Shown here piece by piece: positions 37,436 through 51,358 of a DNA stretch of 64,000 nucleotides (its first letter is position 1; each line of letters starts with the position of its first letter). The notes beneath the pieces are model-generated. The model saw only the letters and a list, made by a program, of their open reading frames with translations. It searched no databases and was not told the origin of the DNA. The position numbers and the translations under genes are program-made. Source of the stretch: Marsupella aquatica (Eukaryota > Plantae > Marchantiophyta); contig OZ316896.1 in the NCBI GenBank assembly GCA_973895155.1, forward strand, positions 2,542,001-2,606,000, written 5' to 3'.

Positions 37436-38329
37436 CGCCTTTGATGAGGGCATGAATGGGTAAATAGTAGCTTCCCCAAAACTCAAGCTAAAGCCCTGGT
37501 TACTGGGCTGTTATGGCCCACAATGCACTGTTGCTACTTAAGGAGTTCCCACATTCTAAAAGGAGCAAGATTAAGGGGTATAGAGTGGACCTAATGGATC
37601 ATTGACAGACCATATTCAAAGCATAGCATGGATTTTTTAGGGTAAAGCATGAACCATATGGACTGTCGACCAATGATGTGGCATTCTGTGATTGGTCGCG
37701 GCAAGGATAAGGGGTATAATGTCAACCGTATGGAACATTGACCAAAGACATTCACAACATGGCAGGACAAGCCAGGCGTATAGCATCGGCTGTATGGACT
37801 CTCAACAGATGACATGATATTCTGTGATTGGTCATCGCAAGGATAAAGGGTATAGTGTCAGCATACCGTATGGACCATCGACCAATCACATTCACAAGAT
37901 GACATGGAGAAGGGGTATAGCATTGACGGACTGATGACATGACATTTTGTGATTATGGCCCCCCATGGGAAGCTCCTTCCAAAATCTCTAGCACCACGTT
38001 GAGACACATCATAAGGTTCAGTCACAAACACAACCAATGATGTCTTCAACAAGAAACAAAGACAACTGTTCATGTTTGATGCAAGGCAAGGAAAAATAGT
38101 TAGACACTGTAACTTTAAAAAAATACAAAATACAAAAATAAGTTTTAGAACAACAACAAATTGACTGAAACAAAGTTACCATTTTGATATTTTGTCATTC
38201 ATTTGATATCACAATGTTTGACATCAAAATGCTTGTGTTGTTTAATTTTTTGCACTTTTTTGAGAAACCAACCGATAGAAACATAATAATAAAGTTAAAA
38301 CTCCTTGAGCTCCACAATGTAATCAAAAT

Positions 38330-38890
38330 ATTCTATCTCTTTGATACTTGATGAAATCTGTCAATGTTAGATTCATTGGAAAGCTAGTGACATTTAGAAC
38401 CTCATGATTGAATTCTTTAGTTCTTGAAAAAATTAGAAACTCATAGTCTCCTTAGCACTTGAGTAAATCTATCAATGTTAAATTCATTGGAAAACTAGAG
38501 GATTCAAAAACTCATAATAGTCTTAGTACTTAATTGACAAAATCTGTCAGTGTTAGGGTTCACTAGATAGTTAGAGAAATTTAAAAACTTATGATTTCTT
38601 TTGTACTTGATGAAAACTTTCAATGTCACACATTAGAAAGCTAAAGAAATTCAAACATCATGATCTCTTTAGTGCTTGACAAAATCTGACATGAAATTGT
38701 CAATGTCGGACTCAATGTTGGAAATCTAGAAGAGTTCATGAACTGTTGATCTTTGTAGGACTTGACAAAATCTTATAATGTCACATTCATTGGAAAGGCA
38801 GATAAATTCAGAAACTCATCTGGTACTTGACAAAATATGCCAATGTGATGCTCAGTGGAACCCAAGAGAAATTCAGAAACTTATGATCTT
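38330..38890. repeat. Degenerate ~61 bp satellite-like array (~8-9 units)
   Basis: Recurrent acttgacaaaatct.tcaatgt....ttcattggaaagctaga.aaattcagaaactcatga. Confidence 0.75.
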
Positions 38891-39679
38891 GTTTCTCACT
38901 TATCTCTCAATGGAATCTTTTGTGCTAACCACTTAGAAATATTTTAGAAAATTTGAACATTGAGAATGAGTTTAACATTGGCAGATTTTGTCATTACTAA
39001 TGAGATCATGGGCCCTCAAGCCATTTGGTTTCCATGAGTTTGAGAAATGGGTTGAGATGAGGCTCCCACATTGGAATGTTTGGGTTGGGTTCATACTTAG
39101 ACAATGATTTGAGGACGAGTAAAAAATAAATAATGAATTGCAATATGGAAAGGATCCAAGATTGAAGTTGATCTTGGCAATTAGCTTCAATAATCATGAA
39201 CTCAAGGTACAAGCAATTCAAAATTAGAGGGAAGTAGGATGAGCTCTAATATAGAGGTCCAAGTTTCTTCATCTTATATAGTTTCAAGTTGAAGCATGAT
39301 CCCACATGCTTTGTTCACATCATCATAGGCCGTCACATATTTAGGATTCATGCAACAAGGTACATAACTTTGATACAACATTTTAAAAATATTTTGAAAG
39401 ACATCTCTCATTGAATTTAATAATGGCTACAGGGAGATGGGGTTCATGAACTAATTGAAACATAAGTAGAGGTGAGAACATTCAAGTCACCTATGCATTT
39501 TCAAAGACACATCTAACTTGCCCAATCCCCATTTCCCACTCACACCCCAGGCTTAGTTCTTGCACCCCCAACTTTAGTTAAGCTTAGGAGAATCCAAATC
39601 TGGAGTAATTTTGGTGTAGCACTAATTATATACTCACACTATTTTCTATGGACAGTGTAACTGTGTTATGGTGTCTGTT

Positions 39680-39925
39680 GTAGTGCCCTCCCTTATTAGG
39701 ATGTACTGGAGCTTGTTTGTTAGCTCTCTCTTGCTCCCAATGGGGAGTGACACACTAATTATATACTCACTCTATTTTCTATGGGGAGTGACACACGCAC
39801 CTTTTTGGCTGTTGTTCCTTAGTTGGGTGTTTGCCCCGTTGCCCTTGTTGGGGTTTGCTTTTATTTCCGTGGCCTTTCTGGGTCCCCCCCTCAGTGGGGT
39901 TCACGCGGAAAAGAAAAGAAAAAAC
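39680..39925 (+). mobile_element. 3' end of a non-LTR retroelement (LINE/SINE-like) with A-rich tail
   Basis: gtagtgccct...ttaggatgta...cttgctc...gggtgtttgccc...cttgttggg...ctgggt.ccccc..tggggttcacgcggaaaagaaaagaaaaaa. A related reverse-complement copy lies at ~48030-48350. Confidence 0.6.
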
Positions 39926-40177
39926 AGTGCAATAAAACAGACTTTGTTTAGGTTCAGTACCGCTGTTAGAGTGAGTGGTACACATTGAAAACTGGAGGAA
40001 GGGACTCTACGAATGGACTCGAGTATTTTGAGGATATGAGTCGAGCAATTTGAGTTTAAACATCGAATATAATACTTACTTGGCTTCGTTGTGTCGTTAT
40101 AAAGTTGGTAGAAAGCAATTATAGCCGCGGAATGACATTGAACGAGTCGATGTTCATGTCTGTCAATGTCAATTCGT

Positions 40178-40300
40178 GGTTCTCTGAAGCAGCCCTCAAT
40201 TTGTATCTACGTAAAAGTGGCTCTCTGAAGCAGCCCTCAATTTGTATTTACGTAAAAATGGCTCTCTGAAGCAGCCCTCAATTTGTATCTATGTAAAAGT
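40178..40300. repeat. 41-bp tandem repeat x3
   Basis: tggctctctgaagcagccctcaatttgtatctacgtaaaag x3. Confidence 0.9.
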
Positions 40301-40913
40301 CATGATGGTCGAGCCGCATAGAGGCCTGCATTGACGGAGTTCAAGGATGAAGCGACAGATTGTGAAAATGAGCACACAGTGGGGAGAGTGTTAATTAATG
40401 AGCACACAGTGGGGAGACTGTGTTAATTAACGACACCAAATCAAAGCCAACCTTATTTATTCCAAGTAATGTACGTGAGGTCCTTTGACGTACAGAGCTT
40501 GAACAGCCTGATGAGGTGAAGTTCTTTCCGCAGCGAATTGAATTCATATTTTCTGTAGAGAACCGCAATGAGAACTGCATGTAGAAACTTTCCATGAGCT
40601 AATTCATTATGAAAATTCATTTGTTGTTCTGTCGGGGAAGAATTGCTTCCCATGAGAACATGGCAAAAAAATACAGGACTACTAATGGAGCATACGAATT
40701 GAGGTATGGGCTGGATGCTGCACTGAGCTAGATCTTCCTCTTTTGCAGGTCGGAGCCATTGAATTTATGCATCAATGTGCTCACTGAAGCCATTGCTTAA
40801 GGCGTGATTACCAGCCCTCGCAACGTGAGGTTGATCGAGGCAAAAGCTACTTGATTAAGTTTCTTTGAAAGCTGATCGATCTATGTAATGAAAGGCCATC
40901 AATTAAAGGCTTC

Positions 40914-42326
40914 TTACAAGGGCCCCCCCTTTGGCTTCTCCAGTAAACCCGAGATGTACCGTTCCATCAATTCGGGCCCCCTGTCGAGTTTCTCTCCCAC
41001 GGTCCATTTGTGCTTGATGTACCCAAATTTCTCAATCATCGGAACGTAAAGATCGAGCTGATCAGCCACGCAGAAAAAGTGATCCAGCCAAAAGAGGCCT
41101 CCCGGACGCAGAACTCGATCTATGTCGTAAAGTATGAACTCCAAGCTCTCGTTGGGGATCCAATTGCTTAGCACGTGCATGGAGTGGACAATGTCCAGAG
41201 TGTTGTCCGCGAAAGGGAGCCTCGACGAAACGGTGAGAAAGAGAGGCACTAGTCCACGGTGGGCGATGAATTGGTTGAAAGGACCGTTGAGGTTGAGAGT
41301 AGACGTCACAATCGTCACATTGTACTCCCGCATACGCGCAGCAAAGGATCCCGTGCCTCCTCCAATGTCCAGCCCGATCTTAATCGTCCCCCTCGGCTTC
41401 ATCTTGACCACCTCCTCGATGTTGAAGTCCAGCGAGCCGCTGCCGTCCACCCATCGGTGTTTCTCACGGCCGTCGAGGTCAAAGCAATCCAAGCAGTCAG
41501 CGAAAGCCTTTTTCTTGGCTCTCTCGTTGAGGCACTCGAAGCTCTTGCAGGGGTGGGGAGTCCACAGAAAATTGTTGTTCTCCGGTATCGTCCAGAGCGA
41601 TTCCGGGTAAGGGACTGGCTCAGTGTAGTTCGGTGGCTTGCGAGCAATGCATCGCCGACGCGGAAGAGGTTCACAGCCTCCGAGCAACAATTTCTGAGCG
41701 AGCGCCTCATCGTCGGGGCAGGCTCCTCCCACCGTGTAGTCCATGAACTTCTCGACGTCGGATTTGAGGAGCGCACATGCATGCCCGATTGAGGAGACGA
41801 AGGAGTCCGAGCTCAGGGCGGGGTTCCAGCCGAGAGGCAGTTTCCTCACCACAGTGAATTCGTAGAGCTCGTCCCTCTCCATATCGCCTTTTGCCCAAGC
41901 TAACCATGGATTATTTTCCTGACCGTCCTCGAGACCATCCATCTGACTGAACACCTCTTTCATGCGGGTGTTCAGAGGCGTCCCCTTCACAAGCTCAGCG
42001 ATCTGTGTGACTATGACTTCTGCTTGCTCTCGCAGGGTTTGGAGCTCTCTGCGCACTTTCATCAGCTCGATGCCCGTTTCTTCCGTATCTCTGTGGCTGG
42101 AATTTAGAAGAAGCCTCCACTCATCGGGACTTATCTTTCTGGGAAGGGAGTTAGCGTCTGCAGCAGATCCATCAAGGCTGCTCAAGTTTATGCCTTGCGT
42201 GTAATAGCTGGAGAATGTGAAGAGAGCCATGATGTTGAGGACTACAATGACGAGGATGAACAAAACGTTTTGCGGCAACCTCGTTTTCAATGGCTTATCT
42301 TTGTACATCTCTACTCCGTTGTCCAT
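40914..42326 (-). CDS. Probable SAM-dependent methyltransferase, type II membrane / Golgi class (Methyltransf_29, At1g29790-like), 470 aa, intronless
   Basis: N-terminal transmembrane helix and coiled stalk, then CPDDEALAQKLLLGGCEPLPRRRC, SAM motif IGLDIGGGTGSFAA, RLPFADNTLDIVHSMHVLSNWI and DIDRVLRPGGLFWLDHFFC. Confidence 0.93.
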   Translation of the reverse strand: MDNGVEMYKDKPLKTRLPQNVLFILVIVVLNIMALFTFSSYYTQGINLSSLDGSAADANSLPRKISPDEWRLLLNSSHRDTEETGIELMKVRRELQTLREQAEVIVTQIAELVKGTPLNTRMKEVFSQMDGLEDGQENNPWLAWAKGDMERDELYEFTVVRKLPLGWNPALSSDSFVSSIGHACALLKSDVEKFMDYTVGGACPDDEALAQKLLLGGCEPLPRRRCIARKPPNYTEPVPYPESLWTIPENNNFLWTPHPCKSFECLNERAKKKAFADCLDCFDLDGREKHRWVDGSGSLDFNIEEVVKMKPRGTIKIGLDIGGGTGSFAARMREYNVTIVTSTLNLNGPFNQFIAHRGLVPLFLTVSSRLPFADNTLDIVHSMHVLSNWIPNESLEFILYDIDRVLRPGGLFWLDHFFCVADQLDLYVPMIEKFGYIKHKWTVGEKLDRGPELMERYISGLLEKPKGGPL

Positions 42327-44756
42327 CGTTATGCTTTGCGCTGCCGTTTTCTCACTGGTGAAGCCCAGTGGCTGTTCGGTCGGCTGAGGGCTGATTTCAA
42401 TCAGCTAAAGTACCTTGCTTCTGCCCTTCCTTTGATTTCACTATTAATTCCCAGAGTAGAATGAAGTGGAGATGACAATTCCGAATAAGCTAAAGCTCGC
42501 GAACCTTCCGAGAATTTGACGAATGAGCCGGCCAGCCTCCTGTCAGTAACCCGCTCCACAGATTTGGTTGATAAATTAAGCTCTGAGACTCTTCGGATCA
42601 AAACTAAATCCCGGACTTCCACAATTCAAGAAGTTATAACTACTGTGCTGCACCTGGCCGATTGAGCTATATCCGTTGTAAACTATCGAGATCGCTCTGA
42701 GCTTCGGTAATAACAAAAACAGTGTCGAGTTGTTCCTGGGTCCAGCATTGACTATCCCCAACAAAAAAAGGTGGGGAACTGCATCAGCACTGTTGACTCA
42801 TTACCGTTGGCATCTAGTCGGAGAATTGTATACACTATCTTGACGAATTTAGGCCCTTGCAAGCGCAGCAAATGGACGTGTTTGAACGCGCGTCTAAGTT
42901 CCGGCACAAGTATCTGCAATTGAACCCAACAAGCATTGAACCATAATATCAGCATTTCCACGAACAGTATAGCCTGGACGCTACAGAATCACTACGATGG
43001 CCGAGACACCAAGATCTCTTGAAAAGCGAACAAAATCAGTACAGGTGTTAGGGCCATTCTCCCATCATATCATCAACGAAATCAATCAATGATCAATTTT
43101 CATTTTGCATGCTGACAGGTTTAATTCCAAAAAGCCGAGGGAGTCGACGGCAGGAACAGAGCGATTAGCTGTTAAATGTGGTCACTCTAGACGTAGTTCA
43201 CCGACCTCACTGACAGGAGTAAAATTTTCAGTTCCTGATTTCGAATAATTTTTTACACTCCTCTACGTTAGAGATTTGATGCTGATAAACTGCCGCTGAA
43301 TTACTAGGCAGCCCAATTATTCTAAAATTGTTCGAATGACATTTTGCTACCAATCATGCAGTACACAGAAAGCTTGAAATCTAGCATGAAACTTACCAGG
43401 TTGGCTCCAGTCAAAGAGCTGTCTTAGCTTCTTGAACGCATGGAGACAATATGCACATCTAATCTTCGTAAGGAAAACGCCTGGGCGCCACTCAGTCTTT
43501 AGGACCCGCCCGTCCACAGGTCAGCCTACCTGCCAAGAACAGCTGCCGGTCGCTAGCTAGCTCCTAAGCAAGATCGGAGAGAGCCGTTGAAGAGAGCTCT
43601 CAATTTCAAGAGGCAAGCGCAGGCAGCGACGAAGTTTGTTCTTGAATGAAAAGCATACATCACTCATGAAGCGTTTCCTTAGCGATGACCTCGTTGTGGG
43701 CACTTGATTATGGAGAAACAGCCCTTAAGCTCCTAGTTTCCTGCTACTTGCTTGGTCATGAGCGCCTTTGGCCGACGAACTTTGTGTAACGGTATGTGGA
43801 GAACAGCTCAACAGAACTCGGGTCAAATCCTTCATGCTCGGGAACCTTGCAACCTCTAGCTGTACGCATAATAATTTGAGCATGGAGTATTTATCAGCGC
43901 CACACACTCTACTTCCACTTGTGCCTGACCACTGTGCAGGCATTACGCCGCCTAAGTCGTCCGTCCGATCAGTCACATTGCAATCAAGTTAAGCCCGGGT
44001 GCCTCGATCCCGCTTTGAAGTCTGCAATCCAATCCTACCGACATCCACACGGCCTTCCTGAGGTTCTACTGCTCAACACTCTCACGATCAAAAAACACCT
44101 GAACACCGTTCGGTACCACCTCTGATACAGTCATGTGGAAGGCCCCTTCCGGATTCGCTTGAGACCGTAATCTCGCTTAATTCTTGCCTTCATGTAGGTT
44201 AAATCCTCTACTAGGTGTTCTAGCTTTTGACTTGTAGAATGTTGATTGCGAGATTTTTATGGTTCATGGACTGTAGCGATAGCAGAGATTTTTCTCACAG
44301 GACCCGTCCACTTTTAGGATTCCTATTTTCCTAAACCAGTTAACCAGACGTGCCATGACCTGCCATCGCCGGCACTCGTTCGTGCGTGAACGTGCTAATT
44401 AGTTCATATGGAGAACGTTTCCACCTTCCCACACCTCCACTACAACCCACCGAGGCAGCGAGCGAGGCTGGTCAATGCAAAGCGCAGACATTGAAGAGGT
44501 AATGTGCAAGAAATTATGTACGGCGAGAGGACAGGAGGATCGCGTACGAGAGCGGAGCCGAGCACGGCCATGCACATACGTGCATGACAGGCGGACGCCC
44601 GAAGCTTTGCCAAGAAAGGGGAATTGATCGTCGGCAATTTCGGGGCCGCGAACAATCAGGGTGCGTAGAGTTGTAGACTCGTTGGTCGTCCAGCATCCTG
44701 GCGCGCTGCATGCTGCATGAGGAAAGCAAAGAGAGATCACTGTAATGCAGAGCCAT

Positions 44757-45540
44757 AATTATATCAAACTGCCAAAAAAACAAAGAGCAATGAACCTAGA
44801 GACAAATCCCAGGCCCCAATCCCCAATGCGAGCGTATATCAAACTGCCAAAAAAACAAAGACCAGCCAACCTAGAGACAAATCCCAGGCCCCAATCCCCA
44901 ATGCGAGCGCGGCACTTCGGACCCCATACACACTGATCAAACACGGTTGCCCGGGCGAAGACGATACTGCAGTAAGGTTGACCTTAGGTTATAGACTATG
45001 GTTACTTTTAGGTCAATTGGAACACAGCAGTGGTCAAGTACTGGGGTTAAAAGTGATGGGATATGGTTTGGGGGACAGTATACTAAATATTTTAGTTTTG
45101 GGGATAGTATCCTAATAACTACCACTTTGGGGGGTAGTTTAGTAAAAAGCTGTTTTCACCAAAGCAAAATGGAGGGCCTTTCGCACACACTAAATATAGT
45201 GTCCAGGGCTAAAAACATTTTTTGAATCCTTTTATTGCCCCCAAGCTCTTGTAAAGCCAAGTACAACCAATGGTGCCAGGGTAATTTACTAAAAGACAGA
45301 TTAAGGACCCACTCCACCTGAACATTTTTTGAATCCTTTTATTGCCCCCAAGGTCTTGTAAAACCAAGTACGGCCAGTGGTGCCAGATTAATTTACTAAA
45401 ATATAGATTAACTACCCACTCCACCTGAACATTTTTTGAATCTTTTTATTGCCCCCAAGGTATTGTAAAGCCAAGTACAGCCAATGGTGCCAGATTCATT
45501 AACTTAAAGACAGATTAAGGACCCACTCCACCTGAATGCA
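44757..45540. repeat. Tandem repeats: 76 bp x2 (44760-44910) and ~108 bp x3 (45212-45536)
   Basis: tatatcaaactgccaaaaaaacaaaga...ccccaatgcgagcg x2; aacattttttgaatccttttattgccccc...acccactccacctg x3. Confidence 0.85.
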
Positions 45541-46146
45541 TTCAAGTAGTGTTTGACTAAAGTCTTTCTAGATGTGAGAAGAGAAGATCTTATGAATTAT
45601 GCAAATGACTTTAAATAGAAATGGACCAAGAGGCCAGAAGAAGAGACCTCCAACAGAGGTGGTCTAAAATCTAGGACAAAAGAGTGCTCCACATAAGCAA
45701 AAATTGGACCCCATTACATTCTATGTAGGATTGGTAACAGGTTGGTTGAAAGTGCCGGTTGAAAGTGCCCCCAACGTTTTGTAAAGTGAACAACAACAGT
45801 TTCTCCCAAATGGATGGCTCTGATCAAATCCTAGAGACCAAACAAAAGTGAAAAACTGCCCCCAAAGTCTTGTAAAGCCACCCTAATTTGCATGAGGAAA
45901 GCAAAGAGAGATGCCATAATTTGCATGAGGGAAAGCAAAGAGATATCACTGTAATGTAGAGCCATAATTTGCATGAGGAAAGCAAGGGAGAGATCAGTGT
46001 GATGCCCACAATTTCACAGGAGAGCTGTTTACTAACCTATCCACCAAACTGACCCTAAATTATCAACTTGTCCTCCAAACTATGTTAAATAATAAGTAGA
46101 CCCCCTTTTTGAATATGGGTTGCTCTGCATTGGTCATTTGCCGTGT

Positions 46147-46453
46147 GACAAGGCGCTAATTATTCACCACGCTGAACCCAGGCCGGTTCTACACCCAAGC
46201 CGACTCACTCCCGTTATGACCATTCCCACAACCATTTAGGGAGTACCTGGCCGACAAAGGGAAGGAAGGGTGGCCCTGTCACCAGGCCTGCCTTTGCGGG
46301 TAATTCCGGCAGGGAGGAAGCCAAGGTCAGGGCTGCCTTAGCGCAACGTGAGGGAGCCAGCCCAGTACTCCCTAAATAAAATCAATTGGGAATGAATCAG
46401 CCCAGGTTAGGGTAGAACCAGCCAGGGTTCCACATGGCATATAGCACCTTGCC
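46147..46453. mobile_element. Foldback / MITE-like element with long imperfect inverted arms
   Basis: gacaaggcgcta...gaacccaggccggttctac...attccca...atttagggagtac pairs with gtactccctaaat...tgggaat...gtagaaccagccagggttc...tagcaccttgcc. Confidence 0.7.
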
Positions 46454-47417
46454 CCCGGGGTCCTCACTTCTTTTCTTCCAACCCATCATGCACGAATAAG
46501 TGTAAGGTTTTTTTATTGGGTTTAGTGAAAGACTTTTAAATTTTGTTGAAGAATATTAGGGTTGTTTTAATCCGGTTTTGAGAATTATAAGAATGATAGG
46601 GTTATTTAAAACCAAATTTGGAAAATTCCAAGAATATTCCATTAAGTTAGGGGTAAAACAATTCTAAAAATACTTTATTGACTTTATATGACAATGTCAA
46701 TTTTCAAACACAAAGATCATTTTTGAACACAACTCTCTCCAAGGATAAAAATGAAAACACATACTCAAAATTTAAATATAATGCCCCGGGCGCATTAGTC
46801 AAATAGAGCGTCTCATGGCCCACTATTCAAATACAGGGCCATGGCACTCTATTAGGGGTAGTGCCATCTCCACCTTTATTTTTGAGGTCACTACCATGAT
46901 CACCCATCTCTTGAAAGTAAAGAAAGACAAAAAGGGAAAAAAGAAACCTAGCAAGAAAAAGAAATTGATGCTATTTCTTGATCATCTTTGCTCCCTCCCT
47001 TTTTTGGTCTGCACCCTCACTGCCATTCATGCTCAAGTTAGAGTCCTCAGCCTGATTACCCCTCCCTAGAACGTAAATAGAGATGAGGGGAGGAGACCCT
47101 AGGAGACCTTGCAGAAAAAAAGATTCCCTTGTTTCTTATTCATCTTTCCTTCCATCCCTGCAAAACAAACTGAGTTCCTGAGCTACAGTTGCCAAGGGCT
47201 CTAAATGAACAATAGGGGGTTTCAAAGCTGGGTCCAGCCATCCTTGTGATCAACCAGGTCAGGTTTGGCATGGTTGCAGCCTCATGAATGGTGGGACATC
47301 CTTAGTGAAGGCTGTGAGTTGTGTGTGTCACTGCTTTGGCCGCTGGCTGTGGCCTGAGTACTCCATACTAGCCTTGCTTGAGTTATACAATACTTCAAAA
47401 AGCTCTGCCCCTCCCAT

Positions 47418-47568
47418 ATAGGGGTCCTGGTAACTACACATCAAAATATGACATACAGTGTAAGACATCCCTCATACCACGATAAACCTAGTTATTTTCT
47501 TTAAATCAATGAATGCACACAGGATATGGTCACATTTTGATGTGTGATCACTGGCAGGGCCCATCTAG
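47418..47568. mobile_element. Small degenerate MITE-like inverted repeat
   Basis: cacatcaaaatatgacatacagtg is the imperfect reverse complement of cacaggatatggtcacattttgatgtg. Confidence 0.5.
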
Positions 47569-48029
47569 GCTTATGTGAGAATTGTCGGCCGGGTCAAACA
47601 CGAGTGAACATGTTTCTCGAGACACAGTCTATATGTCAGTCTATCTGTCTATCCAAAAGGACAAATACCAGTTGACACAGGACACAGAAAGTGCTATGGT
47701 GATATTGTATATGTGATGCAACATGATAATGTTTGGATGTGAGGTTCACAAGGGGCTACAATCTTACTACGGTAGGTCTGAAAAGATAGCATGTGTGATC
47801 AAGCATAAATAATGTTTGGATACAAGCATTACTGCATAGCATAAGTAGCAACCATAAACTTCAAAATGAGCAGACCAGGGTTACATGTCTGCTCAAAAAT
47901 AATACTCATCTAAGATTGCAGTCTTGGCAAGACTCCTTCGGTCAGGTCAGATGTTCTATTATTGAGATGACCAGGTTGGTCCAACAAATAAATGAGTACT
48001 AGATCATGTTTTAATTTTTTATAAAACAA

Positions 48030-48350
48030 TTATTTCTGGGTGAACCCCATGGAAGGGGGTACCCAGAGAGGCCATTGAAATAAAGGAGACCCAACAAGGG
48101 CAAACACCCCGGGAACAACATCCAAAAAAGGCACAAAGTTCGAGTGTCCCACTCGGGTGAGAGCAAGACAACAAAACAAACGTCAATACATCCTAACAGC
48201 CCATAAAACAGGGCACTACATCAGCCAGCCATATCACAAACAGTAAACAACTATGCATCCAGTCTATGATGAGATCCGAGTGGCACCTCTGGGCAGCTAT
48301 CTTACTCTAGCATGCTCCACCAGCTCTCTGGCACGAAGCAATCAAGTGTG
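48030..48350 (-). mobile_element. Second copy of the LINE-like 3' end seen at 39680-39925
   Basis: gtgaacccca...ggggg.acccagagaggcca...cccaacaagggcaaacaccc...gagcaaga...tacatcctaa...agggcactac is the reverse complement of that copy. Confidence 0.6.
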
Positions 48351-51300
48351 AATAACTACTAGAATCTTAGCTCCCTAGTATGACTAAATTGAGGGCAATG
48401 CTGTGAAGCTTCGAAAACAATTTATGATATAAAGGAATATTCTAAGCACCTTATGAGTGTTACAGGGAAGCTTGCAATGCATGGACACACATGCTTTCAA
48501 ACTGCAACTCCGGGGCTTACTCTTTGAATGAACACAGGAACTCTACAGTGTAATGACATAGAACTGTAAGAGGCGATGTACATGGTAACCAAGGGAAATC
48601 TATAGTGTAATGACATAGGACTGTAAGAGGCGATATACATGGTAACCAAGGGAACCCGACTCCTTCCCTTGAATGAGGAGAAGAATGCTGCATGGACAGA
48701 ATGCTAGAGCATCCACTGGAAACCTTTTATTACTGGTCAAATGCACGGTGACGTTTCATCTTTGGAATACAAGTTGTAAGAATGTGCTATATCAGTAAAT
48801 TTCAAAGTTTTGTTCATGTCCATCAGGGTTTGTTTGTGTCCATGCGGGCATCACATCAAATTAGGTGTCCATCTGAGCTTCCACTCCGTGTTACATAAAA
48901 TTTTGAAGTACAAAAATGAAATCTAGAGGTATTCTCCATCCAAAGGCTAAAATTGTGGGGAGGTTTCATGAGGGAGATATGGGTTTTGGGATGGAATACA
49001 GTAAGGGTGGACGGAATTGAAAAGGTTTTCCATGAAACACAATGCTTGAAGCCGTGCTCGAATCAGTGACTAGAGAAATCAACTGAATGTGGAGAGCTTG
49101 TTTTGAGCTCGTCTGGTATTGAATCTGTGGGTGGGATCGGATCGAACTGTGAGATGAAAGTCCTCCAAATCCAACATCCAAACGATTTAGAAAGAACCTT
49201 CTCTAAGTTAGACTGCAGTGAAACAATAAGGTACATATCGAGTGAGAGATCATCTACCGGTTCACTAGTTTCCGCATTATCATATTCACACTGAAATGTG
49301 ACATTGAATCTCGTCAGTTTGTCACTAAGGCATCCGAGAGAGTAATTGCAAGCCTTTCATCGTTTCAGTGGGACAGGAATTGAGGTCGATATTTGTCATT
49401 CACAAAGTAAACTTGTACAAACCGATTTTGATTTCAATCCCATTCAAGGTCAGTCCACATGAGACTGAGACCACAACCTACAATTCATTTCTCTGTTACT
49501 AACAGTAGACCCTGGGAACCAACAAACCATACTGAACCTGATCATTTCCACTACTTTAGCTTGGCAGACTGGACCAGCTGCAGGGACTTGAAAAACATCT
49601 CGAGCCCCCTGCCCCACCACACATACACAATCCCCAACTTTATACCACTGTCATCTAAATGGTGGGCCCTGGTTTGAATTTTTGGTATCGTATGGCAACA
49701 AGACGGAAACAAGCAAACAGGAAGTCGAGGCTGAGTACCGCAATAAAGTATCTAAAGGAAACGTGTTTTAATTGTGTTGGCAAAGCCACAGTTGGGATTC
49801 TTCCGGGTCCTTTCCGATTGACTTGGAAGTCTTCATGTAGGACTGAAAACGCGCAGCCGGTCAGTGAGCCGAGGTCTACCCAATGTCGTGACTCATGAGT
49901 TCCGTGATTCCAGTAACAACGGGATGATCTCGAAGTAGGTCACAGGGTTCAATCGATTGTCTACTCTATTGGTTCCGATAGGCTTCAGAGCCGAGTAACT
50001 CTTTGCTCCTTCTCCAGCTCCAGCGAAGATGTAGATGTTCGATCTTCTAATGCTTTGCCGGTGTCTAGTGTGCTGCAGTTGGATACATTCAATAATTTTG
50101 AGAGCGCCAGAGTTATGGATTTTAAGCTGGCTGGCAAACAGCTTTATCGTGGAATTGACCTGGTGCTTTGTTCGTGAATAGGATCACTGATTTTCCAAGA
50201 CGACTTGTAGCATCATTCTTCCAAGTCATCGCAAGGTGGGCACTTCTGGTTCAGTTCAGACGAGAAACTCCTCTGGTCGGTGTGAGGATCAGGTGTGACA
50301 ATTCTCTACCATTCGGCTCATGAACTATCACTGATTCATTTCCAATGTAAGATCGACTTCTAGACTTTCTTCCTCAGAGTCTATCACTGCTCTTAGACTG
50401 TACGTGATGACCACACAGTAGGTAGAATCTAAAATTGAGTGAATTGTGGTACTTGTCCTTCCACAGTAGAGGAGTATCAAGGCTGTGGCTCGCGGAGATT
50501 CAAATTCTGCAGAGTACTTCAACATAGGGAGAAAACTGAACGAACTGAGTTTGAAGCCCAGTCGAAATGGGTTGATGGAGAATAAATGTGCGAACACACC
50601 TCTCTGTGCCATCACAAATGAGACTGAGGGAGGGCAGGTTATTTTCAAATTCAGAATCACATTGAAATTCTGGGCTTTCTTCTAATCGAGGTAAGTCATT
50701 AGCGACTTCGACAATCTTGGATGTAAGAAGTTCTAACAGGCATTCCTAGCGCTGACTGAATTCCCTTGGATAGACAGCAGTCAAACCCAGGACAAATCTG
50801 TCTTTGCTACACACTACAAGAAGATAATTACTGTGCACTGTTTCCACCTTTACGAAATCTAGCTATTAGTTAGGCTATGCTTGAGATTACACTGCGCCTG
50901 AAGCTCAGGAGCAGGGCTTGTCGTCTTTCTTTTCTCTCCCCTGCGTGGGTTCTATTTGTTGGGCTCCACTCGCTGGTCACAGTAGTCAGTAAAGCATTCT
51001 ATCGGCAATCACAATCTGATGGTTGAGTGATTCATGTGCGAATTGCAGGGTACAAATTCGAAATTCAGGGCAGGATGCAACGGTTGATTCCCTCCCCCTC
51101 TAGTTCGCTATGGATCTACGGCACTGGGTTGTTGGAATTCTTGCAGTGTTTGCGCAGAAAACCTGTCTTCATCATCTTCGTGGCGGAAATCATTTGGACC
51201 TGAGCTGGGAAGTTAAATACATCTTCTCTTAGCTATGATCTGGACAACTTGGAAGACCAGTTCTAGCAATTTTTGTCGTTGTCCAACATCTCTGGGGAAG

Positions 51301-51358
51301 TTGCGTCATTGGTAAGATCAAATACATTTGCTTACCACCCACCCAGGCTTGAGAAAGC

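Noticed and set aside
36914-40300. Regular repeat arrays as possible CRISPR
   Set aside because: There are no unique spacers, units are contiguous tandem copies, the context is eukaryotic and no cas genes are present.
41134-41792. 158-177 aa plus-strand ORFs
   Set aside because: Antisense shadows of the GC-rich methyltransferase CDS.
43575-43605. gagagctctcttcaacggctc on minus strand, resembling a miR319/159 star arm
   Set aside because: No complementary arm or mature miR319 sequence was found nearby.
44100-44135. tgtatcagaggtggtaccg on minus strand as LTR end plus PBS
   Set aside because: It does not match the tRNA-Met PBS and no gag/pol sequence or second LTR was seen.
48966-50690. Short ORFs upstream of the NLR-like gene as a head-to-head partner gene
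   Set aside because: No recognisable domain or consistent exon chain. The donor gag|gtaagt near 50690 suggests part is the NLR 5' UTR.
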